A stretch of 63,997 nucleotides of DNA, counting the filler, from Phoronis australis (Eukaryota > Animalia > Phoronida), in the NCBI GenBank assembly GCA_002633005.1. It is 5 parts of 5 records of this genome, joined end to end, with 100 filler letters (N's around TTAATTAATTAA, not from the genome) between each part and the next. Parts side by side here need not be neighbours in the genome. Positions count along the whole stretch, not along the records: positions 20,615 to 43,374 come from NMRA01001236.1; 4 more parts are not named here. The stretch is one strand, 5' to 3'. A program made the translations under genes and the position numbers. Positions 24,301 through 36,799 of the stretch are shown piece by piece; positions within the stretch are counted from its first letter, which is position 1; each line of letters starts with the position of its first letter. The notes beneath the pieces are model-generated. The model had not been told where the DNA came from. It searched no databases and saw only the letters and a list, made by a program, of their open reading frames with translations.

Positions 24301-27300
24301 TGGAAGGTTTTGTTTCACTCACAAATTGGTCTCTGTTCAAGTTATCCTGAATTATAAGTCAAGGGTCGTGATAAAACAGTAAGTCATTCTTGAACACTCG
24401 CACTTTGTTACCTGACCACAACTGCAATTTTCATTAATTTAAGCCTTGATATATGATGTAGAATGTATGATGATAAGTTTCGAAGTTGCAAGTCTCCACA
24501 TTTACATACATACCTTCTGGCTTGTATTTGAGGTGAAAGGTCACAAAGGAACATTGAGTTAAACCTACTGTAGGTTTGAATTACCAAAAATTTAGACCTC
24601 CCCCCTTCTCTTGTTTTCAGGTAAAAACAGACGTGATGGACGTGAGGTTGCCATTAAAGTTATTGACAAGTTAAGGTTCCCGACAAAGGAAGAAGCCCAA
24701 CTCAAGACTGAGGTTTCCATTCTCAAGGTGATGTCTGTTAAATTTTTACTGAAACATCACCTTCTGTTGGTATCCATTCACAAAGTGATGTTTGTTCAAT
24801 ATACTGACACATCACCTTTTGTATTACGGCTAGATAAACATTAAATGTTGTTAAATTGCCGTCAGATTGTTGGACTAAATGTTAAAAGCTTAAGGATGAA
24901 ATCTCTTGGATGAATGTTTTAATAACCCATTTGTGTTAAATGGATGTTTTTCCTTTAAATCAATTGTTCACTTTACTGTCCAAGTGTTCTTGCTATGAAT
25001 TCAAGAATTTGTTTTTATGAGATCTTTTGCTCTGTATGAATAATGGTGTCTTTGTCATAGAAGCAAGCTGATTACATGCACAATTTTTTGTAATGATTAC
25101 TATGAAGTACATGTTAAGTGTATCCAGAATTCCCTGTCATGGTCACTGAGCACAGGCAGGGCCGTAGTTACTGTCCGCCATTGCCTTGAATGATGGAGGA
25201 AGTTTAAATGGTGGAAATGCTATTCTATTGTTAGGTTCACTTGTTGTTTCAAAAACTTGTCATAACCTGTTATTTTTACTGTAAGTGGAATTTGAGGTGG
25301 TCTCGGCAAATGATATTTTGTGCCATTGGTTTTTTCCATGGGCTATGGACCAATTTCAGTTGTACCATGCACGTTATAGCCTGATGTGGATCAAGTTGTA
25401 ATGTACTAATTTATTCATTCTGATGACTCAAGGGAGTGGAGGAACATTTTTGAAGCTTGAGGTTTTGTGGAACTTTGGAAAACTGTCCAAATTTGGTTAA
25501 TTTTGGAACATCTTATCTCAAAAATGGCGGATGGGATTTGAACGAAACTTATGCTTTATGCACCGTTTTCCAAAACTCTCTTAGGAATTGTTTTTAAAAT
25601 GTTCCACTTTTGCATAAATCGGAAACAACTTGATAATCTAGAAAACTATGGCATCTTTTTATGATCACATCTTGAAAATTTATAACAAACAAAAGTTGGC
25701 CCTGTTATTGTTACCGTGGTTTTGATATGAAAATTTACCTTTCTTTTTTGCTAATTTTTATTTTAAAGGCGTGGTCATGTGACCCAATAGACAGGACATT
25801 TCTATAATTTTATTAAGTCCGCAAGCTTTTTGCATTCGTAAAATAAATCATATACTGAGTATTTGGCCAACTACACAGACTTATCAACTATGTCCTAAAT
25901 ATTAACCTTTAGCACTTACAATCAAGCAATATGTTCTGTATGTCTTCATGTCTAAATTTTAAGTTGTTCATTTATTACTTGATTTGATTTACAGAACTTG
26001 CACCATCCTGGTGTAGTCAACCTGGAAAAAATGTTTGAGACTCCAGAAAGGGTGGGTATATGGCGACCATGTTGGATTTCAAGATGGCTTTTGATATTGT
26101 GGCTTATTCTGTTAGACCGCACTGTTTTGCTTTGATTTGTTGTTGTTTTGTTTTGAATAACATCATTATCATTAATGCTATCTTGGTAACCTATGAATTT
26201 GATTATTTCTTGGAAAATTTAAGCAAAATATATTGCATAATTATCTGTTGGCAAAAAGTAAAAACAAGCATTTTTATTAACAGGGAGTCATTCCCCAAAA
26301 AGTGAGTATGACCATTTTGCTGAGTGAGAGAGCACAGCGAATGTGAATGACTATTCAATTGACATTTTGATTTCTTTACTATTATTATTATTATTTCAAT
26401 AACCTGATTTCATGGTTGCATTTCTATGATCCATTCAGAGTAGTTGAAAGTCATCTCAGTTCTGTCCCCCTTTCGCGTGCTGTTTTTCTGATAATGTGCT
26501 GCGCAGAAGAGATTTTCCTTGTTTCATGCATGATTAACAAGGGAGTTAACTCCTGCAGTTTCGCCTTGCTTCTGTCTGTGATTGTATGGTAATTCTTTGC
26601 GATTCTGCTCACATTATGATGGGCAAGTGAGAGCTCACCAAAAATACAGATAGAAAATTTTATGCTACCATTATCATAGTTTGAGCTGCGTAATGTCATT
26701 CAAAAACATTGGCAAAGTTCCCATTTGAAACAACGTAATCCACCTTAAAGAAATAGGACAGCCATCGCATTTTTTTTTCTCAAAGTAAGACAAGATTTAC
26801 CATACCCCCGTGTTTAACGGCACATCTGCAGACAACAGTTGCCTAGCTTTGTGCTTTTCCATGACCTCATTTTTTCATTTTCACTAAGTTTGATTTTTAG
26901 CCCTGGTGTGCTCAAAACTACTTTTTCGCAATAACTGCATCACGACTATAGAGGTGTTTTAGTCCTGCGTTTATGTTTGTTTAACTCAAATCTGTTGTCT
27001 TTGCGTAATTTCAAATTTAGTATTTTCTTCATTAGTAGCGAGTAATTGTATTAGTATAGTGTGGAGTTTGATACTGCTTTTTCAAGCTAACATTTTGTAA
27101 CATCTTTCTGAAGCAATCTTAGATACCGGTTAATTCAAAAGGCTGCAGTTATTGAAACTGCTGTTTGCTAGAATCGTCTTCTCACCAGCCACATGAGTAT
27201 CATTCTGTACAATGACACACCAAGACATAGTTTCATGATTTAATGTTACCCAAGTTATGACAAACTTAATCTTACCTGCTGATCTTACGTTAACTGACAA

Positions 27301-30300
27301 ATGTTTAAGTAGGTTCAAAAATTTCCGTTAAAGATTTGACATTTTCACGAACATCATAGATATACTATTAAATTAGCCACCTCTGTCAAATAGCTTGTTT
27401 ATGAATGAATTGATTGAACTACAACTATGTGAGAGACAAACATAACTTTTGATTTCTGCACTTTTACAGCTTATACTTGAGTGCAATCCAGCATGCTTTT
27501 GAAATATTTTGATTTTAAATCAAGTCGGAGCAATTTAGGCAAGCCATTTGTGTTAAACACAGAAACAACACTCCATTCCAAAATTAATAACTGGTGTAAG
27601 TGGAAAAGGCATGAATCATGACACCAGGGGGCAGCTTTCAAAAGTTCCACATGTTTATGATTAATTACTGAATAGCCATTTTAATGGACTCAAAATTCCT
27701 TATTGTTTCCATCTGTTAACCCATTTTGATCCCATTCTTGCCTAAAGAGATGACAAGGCAACTTACTCTCATTAAAAATGAAGTTTTTTATTGCACATGT
27801 TAAGTGCCGTGTACGAAGCCAGAATCACGTGGCATTACCGTCCATCCATCTTTGACTGGTTAGGCCAAACAAAAAGCATGGATCATTAACGGATTGGATT
27901 TGTTGCATTGCTTATGCAGTGTAGTTTGAGCACGGGCACGCTGAAAATAAAGGAAAATTATCGCTTCCATTTCACGATTGATTCAGCTGACTGTGCATTG
28001 CAAACTGACATGTCAGACTGATGTGACAATGAAAATATTTTGGATGGCTATGTGTGCCATGGTAATATCTCTGTAGTTTTGGAGAAAAATAATTGTCAAA
28101 CTTGTGTTTTTATCGTTTTCAAGGGCTTCTCTATCATTGTTGTGAATGACCACGTTTTTTCAAAGTGCTGTCTGGTGGTAGATATAGCCGAGAACTGGAA
28201 TATGTTTGAGCATTATTTTGTTACTGTGTATCATTTATGAAAAAGAGAATAAAATTTCACGTGTCTGCCATACTGTCTTAAATTGATGAGGTTTTACGGT
28301 ATATGACCAAATCAAATACGTTATCAAAAGATTCTGACAACAGCATGATAAAGATGAAAACTGCGGACTTAATCAACTTCATCCAGATGAATTTATTGCA
28401 TTAGATCAGCTGTCAAAAAACGCTGTGCTACAATCTACTACCATGAGCTGACATTGTTGTAAGATCATGTGGCAAATTTCCATGTGCATTTTGGAAATTT
28501 GATGTCTTTACTTTAATGAAGGTTTAAACATTACTGTAATGCAGTCCAAATTTTATTGAGTGCTAAAAATCATCGTTTTTTACATCAAAGGAATGTCAGT
28601 TTGTAGTTTATTGATTTTGAGCAGTTTTATAAAAACATTTCATGCGAAGAGCCCTGACACACTTCATCATACATTTCACAATGTGTCCGTATTTGCAGTC
28701 ATCACGCCATTAAATTACCACTCTTGTGTAGTGGAACAATCTGATGACTCCTATGAAAATGTCCCATTTCAAAATGTCCGTGAATGAAAAATCTTGCATT
28801 TTGTTGCTGTCGACTTGGCCTGCTGTACACACCAGAATTAGTAAAAGCGGGGTCCGGTGAAGGACGCTTTCATAATCTCGTGATACTGAAAAAATTGTAT
28901 GTTGAATGTTCCCTATCAGTGAAACATGGTAAGAAGGATACTAAACCATGTTGTGGTGATTTCAGTCAAGGCCTTGTTCTGCCTCCTGCTAAAGCATTAC
29001 TCATTGGCATTCCACATGAGTGATAAAAAGCCGAATTCAAGTAAAAATTCTTGGTGGGTGGTCTTTCATACATTTGTTGTGTAACTCGCCTACAGCGTAT
29101 GTAATGCTTGGCCATTTAGCAGACTTTGTAAGGATTTTGCTCCAACTTTTGAGGGTTGTCAAGGATTACAGGGCATTGTTTTGTTTCAGGGAACTGGATT
29201 GGAAAGTTTTTTGTTATCTCTTAAAGGAGAATGCCACTTAATTTAATTAGTCTTTTTTGCCGTCTTAATCGGTCTATATACACATCGCCTTGCATACGGT
29301 CGACCTTACCTTGCCAAGAGGTAACCTGTGAAGAAGGTGAGAAACGACGCTAGCGACGTCAGTGGTTCATATGTAGAGTGAATGCCGCTATGTTGCGGTG
29401 CATCGTTCTTGCTTGTTCGAACTACTAAGCAGCTGCGAGGAAAGCGGGTATATCGTTTTTTTTACTTCCTCGAGAGTCTGAAATGCTTAGGAAGTGGTTC
29501 ATGGTAGTGAAGAATGAAATGTACGCTGTAAATAGCAAGTATGAGGCCGTGAAACATCTCTGTGTCTGTGGCCTGCAGATGTCGACAGTGAGTGCCTGAC
29601 AAATGCCGGCTTACCAAATAACTCCATACGTTCCGTTGTCTGGGCTTGTTCACGGCGCCTCTCTAGTATTTCTTCATCACTGTATTCCTGTTCGAATTGA
29701 AAGCCTGTAAAACTTAACGATCCACCAGCGAAGTCGGGACTGATGAGCTCTAGCTTGTCCTAAGTCGGGATTGCGACGGTTGCCATGATGTTGGCGTTCC
29801 TGAGCGTTCTGTTTCAAAATGAATTATTCTCACCCTAACGAATACTTATATAAAACTGAAACAAAGTCTGTCTCATTAGATGCAATTTGTAATGCCTTTG
29901 GAGTGTTCGTGAGTGCAAATGATTTTAAAAGCCAGCAATGAATAAATCATTGAGTTACCGGCTTTAGATGAACCGGGACACCGAGGCCGTGTGAGCTCAT
30001 GCTAATTTAGTGTTTGCTGGCAGAAACTGTTGTGAAACAACTCAATTTCCATCCCACGGCCAGGTGTTAGGGGAATCTTTATTAACATTGACATTACTCA
30101 AATAATGATTGTCAATGTACAACTTCTGCCCTGACGGTGCTGTGGCCAAAGCGGAACCTGAATTCGCGGCCCCCGACGAGTAAGTAGATTTGGCTAATTC
30201 ACCATCATAATCACGTGCACATTACTTTGGCTCACTAGTATAGTATTTTCTTGACTGAAAGTTTAGTTTCCACTGAACTTTGGCTGGTTTATGTTCGTGA

Positions 30301-32305
30301 TGTCTGATCAGTTTCCCAGCCACTGGCCGCAGTAACGAGTCAATCCCGGCGGGCGGCTGCGACGGGCCTGATCGGGCTCCGAGCCACTGGCCAGTATAAC
30401 AAGCGTTTTGTGTTTAGAGTTCAAAAAATCACAAGTCTAAACAACACAGATCTAGGTTCTCCTGTCTGTATCTCACGGAAAATACTTCGAAATTATCTGC
30501 GAACAGACCCCAAAACTCCCGGCCTGCTACTGACGGACCTAGTTGGCCTGCCAAACTTTGTAGGCTACGGTGTGTCCAAATACCAATAAATCCGTAAGAG
30601 CAAAATAAAACAACACGTTTTTATAAGAACTCGGTGTATTTTTAAGGGTTTTAAATCGAAGTTTGATGATTTATTGGTGTTAAACGATGACTTCAACCAA
30701 TAAGCTGACACCAGTAACCCGTGTTGTGAGCTACTGAGCAGACTGCGTGTGAAACCGATGACGTCATTGGATAATTTCAACACCTCCGTCTGCCGTCAGG
30801 TGTCATGTAACGCAACCGTACGTGTCGTTATGGAGTAGAACTACTCGATCTAATTTGATACAAATTAGGTTGTTTTTTGGGTGGCATGCTCCTTTAATAG
30901 TCCAAATCCGGGTTTGGTATCCCTTTAAATAACTTTTAGTAATTTTGTTTTTACTACAGCAGAAGTAGAAGTTGGGAAATCGTTCCTGCTTTATCCTCTT
31001 GCCTTAAAATTGTCACAATGCTCAGTTTACGAGCTTGCTGATTCAATGAAGCCTTACCTGTGTCTGCGCATGCTTGCCAATTTTTATAGAAAACTTTGAA
31101 ACCATGGAAATGTCTGATGTGAAAACAAAACTTTCAAAATGAAGTTATATAGGTTCAAGTTTAGATGCTATTTTGCTTGATTAAATATAGATAAAACCTT
31201 AATTGTTAAAGGTGTATGCTTAGAACTTGTATCTTCAACAACGTAAATTTGATTGGTGTCTGGTTTTCAGCCCATTTTGAGAATATTGGAATTTCTTGAC
31301 TGTATTACTTTGCGTTTGGTGAAAGACGACACTGGGATGTATGAATTTGCCCAGTTTGGTATGACAGATGCAAATACATAACGCTAATGTATTTCCATGC
31401 CTTCATTTTTGGAGGTATAGAAAAAGTCCCTCTTCTGTTAAACTATCAATAGGAAACTAGTGATAACCGTATCAGTAATTCTATCTTGGTGTGTCACCTA
31501 GTTAAGTACACCTACTGGGAGAATGCACTAGTTTCACTCACTGATTTAGGGCTCAATGATCCAGCAAAATGTACTGTTTGCTAGTATTTTTGAAGATGGC
31601 TACGAGTTCATTGTACTTTACGGGAATCATAGGGCAACTAGGATTTCTTTATTAGTGCAAGAGTTAACTAAGGGAATGTTAGTCACCTGGTTAACAGCAG
31701 TTTTAAACACTGATTACTTTTACAGAAGTTGACTTCTACTTCATTAAAGTTAATTACGAAAAATATAATGTAACAGAAAGTGCTAGAAAACATTATACCT
31801 GGGCATCACATACACACACATATCAGCTATACAGAATTGGTTAAACACACGACACTTTTCATTGTTCACAGTCTTTATTCTGTTACGTTCATACCTGCAG
31901 AACCAAACTGTACTCTCAACTGAACATAGATAAAGTAACTGACCTAGCGACATAATTACAAGACACATGATATTTCAAAACATACACATATCAGTATATA
32001 CAGATGAGTGTACATATACAAATGCAACAGTAATTTCAATGATATATACAAGATTACCATTATAAATTTTAAAAATTTATGTACATATGAATTTCAATGT
32101 ATATGTGTTATATTGCTGAACAATATCTTGGCAATAACGATTGAGTTAGAGTGATTAAACATTTCAGAGATATGGTATACAATTGATGTCTGCTTTTCAG
32201 ATATTTGTCGTTATGGAGAAGTTGAAAGGAGACATGTTGGAGATGATTCTCAATAGCCCCCGTGGCCGCCTATCTGAGCGTATCACAAAGTATCTCATAT
32301 CACAG
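21252..32305 (+). CDS. PRKD1: Serine/threonine-protein kinase D (PKD/PKC-mu family), partial spliced gene of 6 exons covering the PH domain and kinase N-lobe
   Basis: Exons 21252-21329, 22439-22691, 23887-24000, 24621-24727, 25995-26051 and 32201-32305 join in phase across GT-AG introns. The translation is collinear with the vertebrate PRKD1 sequence as I recall it. Confidence 0.95.
21760..22177. mobile_element. MITE with ~35-bp TIRs and 21-bp subterminal tandem repeats, in a PKD intron
   Basis: Left end AGGGGGATTCAGCAATTGGTCGGACTTCAAAAC; right end GTTTTTGAAGTCTGGCCAATTGTTGATTCCCCCCCT. No clean TSD. Confidence 0.65.
22439..22691 (+). CDS. PRKD1: PKD exon (PH domain): [11 protein letters not shown]...[19 protein letters not shown]...[17 protein letters not shown]
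   Basis: cag acceptor and GT donor, 253 nt (phase 0 to 1). PKD motifs EIPLS, PH.FEI, YYVGE and AI.QAL.PV. Confidence 0.93.
23887..24000 (+). CDS. PRKD1: PKD exon: [38 protein letters not shown] (Gly-rich loop)
   Basis: tttag acceptor and GTAGGG donor. [19 protein letters not shown] motif. Confidence 0.95.
24621..24727 (+). CDS. PRKD1: PKD exon: [36 protein letters not shown]
   Basis: ttttcag acceptor and GTGATG donor. VAIK catalytic lysine and DKLRFPTK. Confidence 0.95.
25995..26051 (+). CDS. PRKD1: PKD exon: [19 protein letters not shown]
   Basis: tttacag acceptor and GTGGGT donor, 57 nt, phase 0/0. Confidence 0.93.
29225..30893 (+). mobile_element. Kolobok-like DNA transposon remnant (TTAA TSD) with a decayed THAP domain, in a PKD intron
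   Basis: TTAA|AGGAGAATGCCAC ... GTGGCATGCTCCT|TTAA (12/13 TIR match). 29390-29580 translates [39 protein letters not shown]...HLCVCG, which is THAP-like (C-x-x-x-x-C, P, W, VC). Confidence 0.7.
32201..32305 (+). CDS. PRKD1: PKD exon: [35 protein letters not shown]
   Basis: cttttcag acceptor and GTAAGG donor. [15 protein letters not shown] motif. Confidence 0.95.
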
Positions 32306-34164
32306 GTAAGGCTGATGTCACAACATACATCACAGGTGTTCAGTGTTTCAAAGTAAGCTATTCTAATGCCAGTGTGTTTTGTTGTTTAAAATGAGCAGCA
32401 ATTTAACCCAAGCAAGAATTCGATATATTATCGACAAATTATAAGCAGAGCACTCGCAGTCACTCCAATATGAAACTTGCATCCTGTCAGATGCTTATTA
32501 TAGTTCTCTGTGCCAGTGATATGTGTCAAGATAATATTTTGTGCTAGTCGGCATAATTAACGCGAACCATGGACTCGTTTCACTGACTATGAAGTAAGGA
32601 TGGAGAAAATGAATAAATGAATAAATAATTATGTAATACAAATAAATAAGTGAACACCAAATAAAATCAACAAGGCAGTAGGTATGAAGATCCAGTCTTG
32701 CAACATAAACTGGAGGACATTTGGATAGACACTCCTTAATGTCTGCTAGAAGACTGATCTATGTGGACAAGGCACCCTTTCAACACACGATATAACTCAA
32801 TGTTTTTACAGATGTTCTGGCGCAGTGTCAGCAAACAATCGAGAAAAACAGGTGATTCTATGTACAGTCTAATTCTTTATTCGAGTGCCGTCAGTACATA
32901 GACAAACCCGTAAACTGAAATGAACAAAACCCGGAGTCACTACAACGAAATATAATACAAACACAGACAATATATACAAAAACCGTTATTTACATCAACG
33001 AAGAAAATATACAAGTAACGAAATGGCTACATCAGATAAACTGAATCTTATATGAAAATACTATATACAAAAACGAACCTAATTCATACACAATTCTGCC
33101 GTGAGACCGTGACGCAAACTAGATATAAAGTCACGCTAAACCATTACGATAATACGAGCCAGAAACAGACTGGTTTGTGAATTGCAATCTCAAGGTCACA
33201 GCGAACAACGCCCAAACCCTCGATACGAACCACAAAGGACGAAATACGGCGAAGTAAATAAAGCGAAAATACTGAAACTACGCGGGACACGAGAGAATGC
33301 ATTGCACAAATTAGAAAATAACGATAAGCAAAAGAACAATACTTACATCATGAAAACCCTGCAATCTCAACGACAAAACCAATGACATGCATACACTGCA
33401 CACAGATAAATACGAAATACGAATGAATGGAACTGCCGAGTAAAACGCTTTTAAATGTCCGTACCACGTGACAAGTTCACAATCTGGGGGGTACTTGAAA
33501 ATGAGTACAACAGGAAACAATACTTAATATACACAGGCAATATGAATGATTGCGTCTGCTGTAACAACAGACCTCAAACTCGTGTTTGCAAATCCTATCA
33601 AATTCTAGTGTTGGAGGATGGTCAGAACAAAAGCTAGTAAGGTCTTTACAAGTAATTTTCAGGGCTCTATGATTGAGTCTAGTATTCAGCGTTTCAGTGA
33701 GTCGTGCTCAGGAATTGACACACCAATGGGCAATAGTTAAAAATTCACAAAATAAACAGCTATACAACCATCCAAGTCAATATTATTTACCGGTCGGCTA
33801 TAAACTGAGTTTTTTTATAAGAAATCTCAACATGTTGTTTGAAACACACTGGATATACCCAGTAACCGCAGTGCCACCTGTGCCAAGGGAAGATGTTAGT
33901 GTCTCTGCACACACCACAGCCACTTAACACTGAATCCTGTATAGGTTGCTAAGCAGTAACTCTACTCCACATCTGTCGCCAAGTTTTTGCCTTGTGTGTT
34001 GGACTTTTGCCTTGTACCCAAGGTCACAAATGCTGAGTACAAAGCCTCCCATCCTAACTAGAAGTCTTCCTAGCTCTCATCCGACTCCATCATGATTGGT
34101 ACTTTTCAAAGCATCTGATTTCCTATTTTTTTTGCCTTTGCATGATTGTATTATGAAAATCTTG

Positions 34165-36177
34165 TCATTTTTTTGTCAATTTCATTATACTAAGGCTTTT
34201 ATTTGTCATTTCGCTATTGTTTGATTGCCTGTCGGGTAACTGAGGTATGTTAGAGCGATAGGGGACTTTTCTTTGTACTCGACCACTTCTGATATTATGT
34301 GGTTGTATGTGTTTTTTCGTGTGACTCACAGAGGCTTGTTGATTGACAGGTGTATTATAGAGTCTGTTGCAATTGGCAGAACTCTGTTGCATGTCCCTGC
34401 GTATGTAAGGCAGATGCCTTTCATTATTTCCCCATGGAGAATAATTTTGGTTGTGTAACGTGACTACACTATCATCCCTTTCACTGCCTTCATGTTTGCT
34501 GGAACTTTGTGACAAGGAAAATCGTTTCGAGATTCTGGGAAACGCAGTCGGACCATTGATGTGAGGCCAGAATTTGTTTGTGTTGTTGCCATGATTGTTA
34601 CTAAAGTGGCTACCATCAGTTCTATTGTTTCCTGATGTCTGTTGGTTGGAATAAGCTTTGCTAGTCTTAGGTTGGCTGCTATTCTTGAACTCCTCAGAGT
34701 TCTTCAGTGAAGGATGTACTGAGCTGGCAAGTCGTCCTCCACTTGCAGCACTTGGTTCACCCAGGCTTTGTTGTGGGAGAGTTTCTGCAGTTCCCAGTGT
34801 TTTATCTGGTACATTTTGGTTCTGGGAGCCATGTCTTCCTCGCTCTTGTAACCCACTTAAGTGGCTACCGTCAGTTCTATTGTTTCCTGATGTCTGTACG
34901 TTGGAATAAGCTGTGCTAATATTTGGTTGGCTGCTATTCTTGAATTCCTCAGAGTTCTTCAGTGGAGGATGTACTGAGCTGGCAACTGGTTCTCTATTGC
35001 TCACTCCACTTGTAGCACTTGGTTCACCCAGGCTTTGTTGTGGGAGAGATTCTGCAGTTCCCAGTGTTTTTTCTGGTACATTTTGGTTCTGGGAGCCATG
35101 TCTTCCTGGCTCTTGTAACCCACTAAAATGGCTACCGTCAGTTCTATTGTTTCCTGATGTCTGTACGTTGGAATAAGCTGTGCTAATATTTGGTTGGTTG
35201 TTATTCTTGAATTCCTCAGAGTTCTTCAGTGGAGGATGTACTGAGCTGGCAACTGGTTCTCTATTGCTCACTCCACTTGTAGCACTTGGTTCACCCAGGC
35301 TTTGTTGTGGGAGAGATTCTGCAGTTCCCAGTGTTTTTTCTGGTACATTTTGGTTCTGGGAGCCATGTCTTCCTCGCTCTTGTAACCCACTAAAGTGGCT
35401 ACCGTCAGTTCTATTGTTTCCTGATGTCTGTATGTTGGAATAAGCTGTGCTGATATTTGGTTGGCTGCTATTCTTGAATTCCTCAGAGTTGTTCAGTGGA
35501 GGATGTACTGAGCTGGCAACTGGTTCTCTATTGCGCACTCCACTTGTAGCACTTGGTTCACCCAGGCTTTGTTGTGGAAGAGTTTCTGCAGTCCCCAGTC
35601 TTTTATCTGGTACATTTTGGTTCTGGGAGCCATGTCTTCCTGGCTTCTGTAACTGTCTTGGTGAGCCTACATGAGCTATTACAGAGAACAATGAATTCAC
35701 AGTATGGTTGGCTTTACTTATCCGATCATCCAGTTCACAGTTGAGCAAATCCACTTCCTGCTCGAGCTCGTTTATTCTGCAGGTGTGGTCCTGTTTCTCA
35801 GCATACAAACTTTCGATTTCACGACTCTTTTTGTTGATGTAAGACTTAAGACTTATGTAGAAGTCTTGTTCTTGTTCTGATTTTTCACAAAACAAATTCA
35901 TGCATTCCGTCATATTTTCTCTGTAAGTGTTCAAGGCCGTTTTCATACGATCATTCTCTTTTGTAATCTCAGTGACCGTATGTTGAAGATCGTCCCTTTC
36001 CTTTGTGCAGATTTTGAGTGTCTCATGATGATCATCAAGTTCTTTTTTTAATTTTTGAATTTGTTGCGTGTATCCTACTATTTTTTGCTGCAGTTCTTGT
36101 ATTTTTCTATCGTAGTATTTGTCGTTCTGGAAAGTCTTGTCACCTTGAGGTGGAAATCTGGAAATAAAGCAATTCAT
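34165..36177 (-). CDS. 670-aa orphan ORF: N-terminal coiled coil plus ~4 tandem 89-aa S/N/Q-rich repeats, antisense to PKD
   Basis: 2-kb open frame. Heptad-rich region IQELQQKIVGYTQQIQKLKKELDD...INELEQEVDLL. The non-repeat parts are also open (~170 aa before and ~140 aa after the repeats). Confidence 0.55.
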   Translation of the reverse strand: MNCFISRFPPQGDKTFQNDKYYDRKIQELQQKIVGYTQQIQKLKKELDDHHETLKICTKERDDLQHTVTEITKENDRMKTALNTYRENMTECMNLFCEKSEQEQDFYISLKSYINKKSREIESLYAEKQDHTCRINELEQEVDLLNCELDDRISKANHTVNSLFSVIAHVGSPRQLQKPGRHGSQNQNVPDKRLGTAETLPQQSLGEPSATSGVRNREPVASSVHPPLNNSEEFKNSSQPNISTAYSNIQTSGNNRTDGSHFSGLQERGRHGSQNQNVPEKTLGTAESLPQQSLGEPSATSGVSNREPVASSVHPPLKNSEEFKNNNQPNISTAYSNVQTSGNNRTDGSHFSGLQEPGRHGSQNQNVPEKTLGTAESLPQQSLGEPSATSGVSNREPVASSVHPPLKNSEEFKNSSQPNISTAYSNVQTSGNNRTDGSHLSGLQERGRHGSQNQNVPDKTLGTAETLPQQSLGEPSAASGGRLASSVHPSLKNSEEFKNSSQPKTSKAYSNQQTSGNNRTDGSHFSNNHGNNTNKFWPHINGPTAFPRISKRFSLSQSSSKHEGSERDDSVVTLHNQNYSPWGNNERHLPYIRRDMQQSSANCNRLYNTPVNQQASVSHTKKHIQPHNIRSGRVQRKVPYRSNIPQLPDRQSNNSEMTNKSLSIMKLTKK
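34600..35650 (-). repeat. 267-bp tandem repeat (~4 copies) inside the 670-aa ORF
   Basis: Near-identical antisense ORFs at 34913, 35180 and 35447 (spacing 267). The copy at ~34658 is shorter by 12 bp. Confidence 0.9.
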
Positions 36178-36391
36178 GGCATAAATAATTTTGTGGTCTG
36201 TGGTTGCTAAGAAGTTGTACTCAAATGCACTAGTCGTTAATTTTTTAGTGAAAAAACTTGTGATCTTATACTTGGAAGGTGATATTTTAGATGTTATTTG
36301 AGGCTTTTATGTCGCCAAAGCATCTATATTCAGTGGTGCTTTCCTTTAACATGTGTCTTATTTTTACATCAAGAAGTGTCTTGCATAACTT

Positions 36392-36799
36392 TCATCTTGT
36401 TAGTTTATTCCTGTTTTCGTCAGCTTGGTTCACCCACCTATCAATGACACCTTTCTTCTGTTTTATTTGTTGATTCCTCTGGTCCTCTCTTGTGCGGCGT
36501 TGACGCAGAAACTCTTGCTCCAACAGATCCAGGATCTCAGTAGGGCTCCTAAGGTTGTCTCTTGATTGACGGAGTACCTGTATTGCCATGTAGTTTATTT
36601 TGTCGACTAATTTTTGTAGGTCGCTAGGAATCTGTTCAATTCGCTGATGTTGGTCATTCAGTGTTTCACTTGCCGCTGTTGTACTGGTCGACATATTCTC
36701 TTCATGTACCTCATCTTCATCTACTACTTCCAAATTGTTTTCTGCCTGTTTGTGGTGAGGAGCATTACTGTTGGACTTGTAGTATTTTATTCTTTGCAT
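36392..36799 (-). CDS. 135-aa hydrophilic, helical ORF upstream of the 670-aa ORF; possibly the 5' part of the same interrupted gene
   Basis: Same strand and charged/helical composition, with a 215-bp gap to the next ORF that contains stops. Confidence 0.35.
   Translation of the reverse strand: MQRIKYYKSNSNAPHHKQAENNLEVVDEDEVHEENMSTSTTAASETLNDQHQRIEQIPSDLQKLVDKINYMAIQVLRQSRDNLRSPTEILDLLEQEFLRQRRTREDQRNQQIKQKKGVIDRWVNQADENRNKLTR

Noticed and set aside
34658-35744. Plus-strand Cys/Trp-rich 75-87-aa ORFs repeated four times
   Set aside because: Antisense by-products of the 267-bp repeat, each starting at a non-ATG codon.
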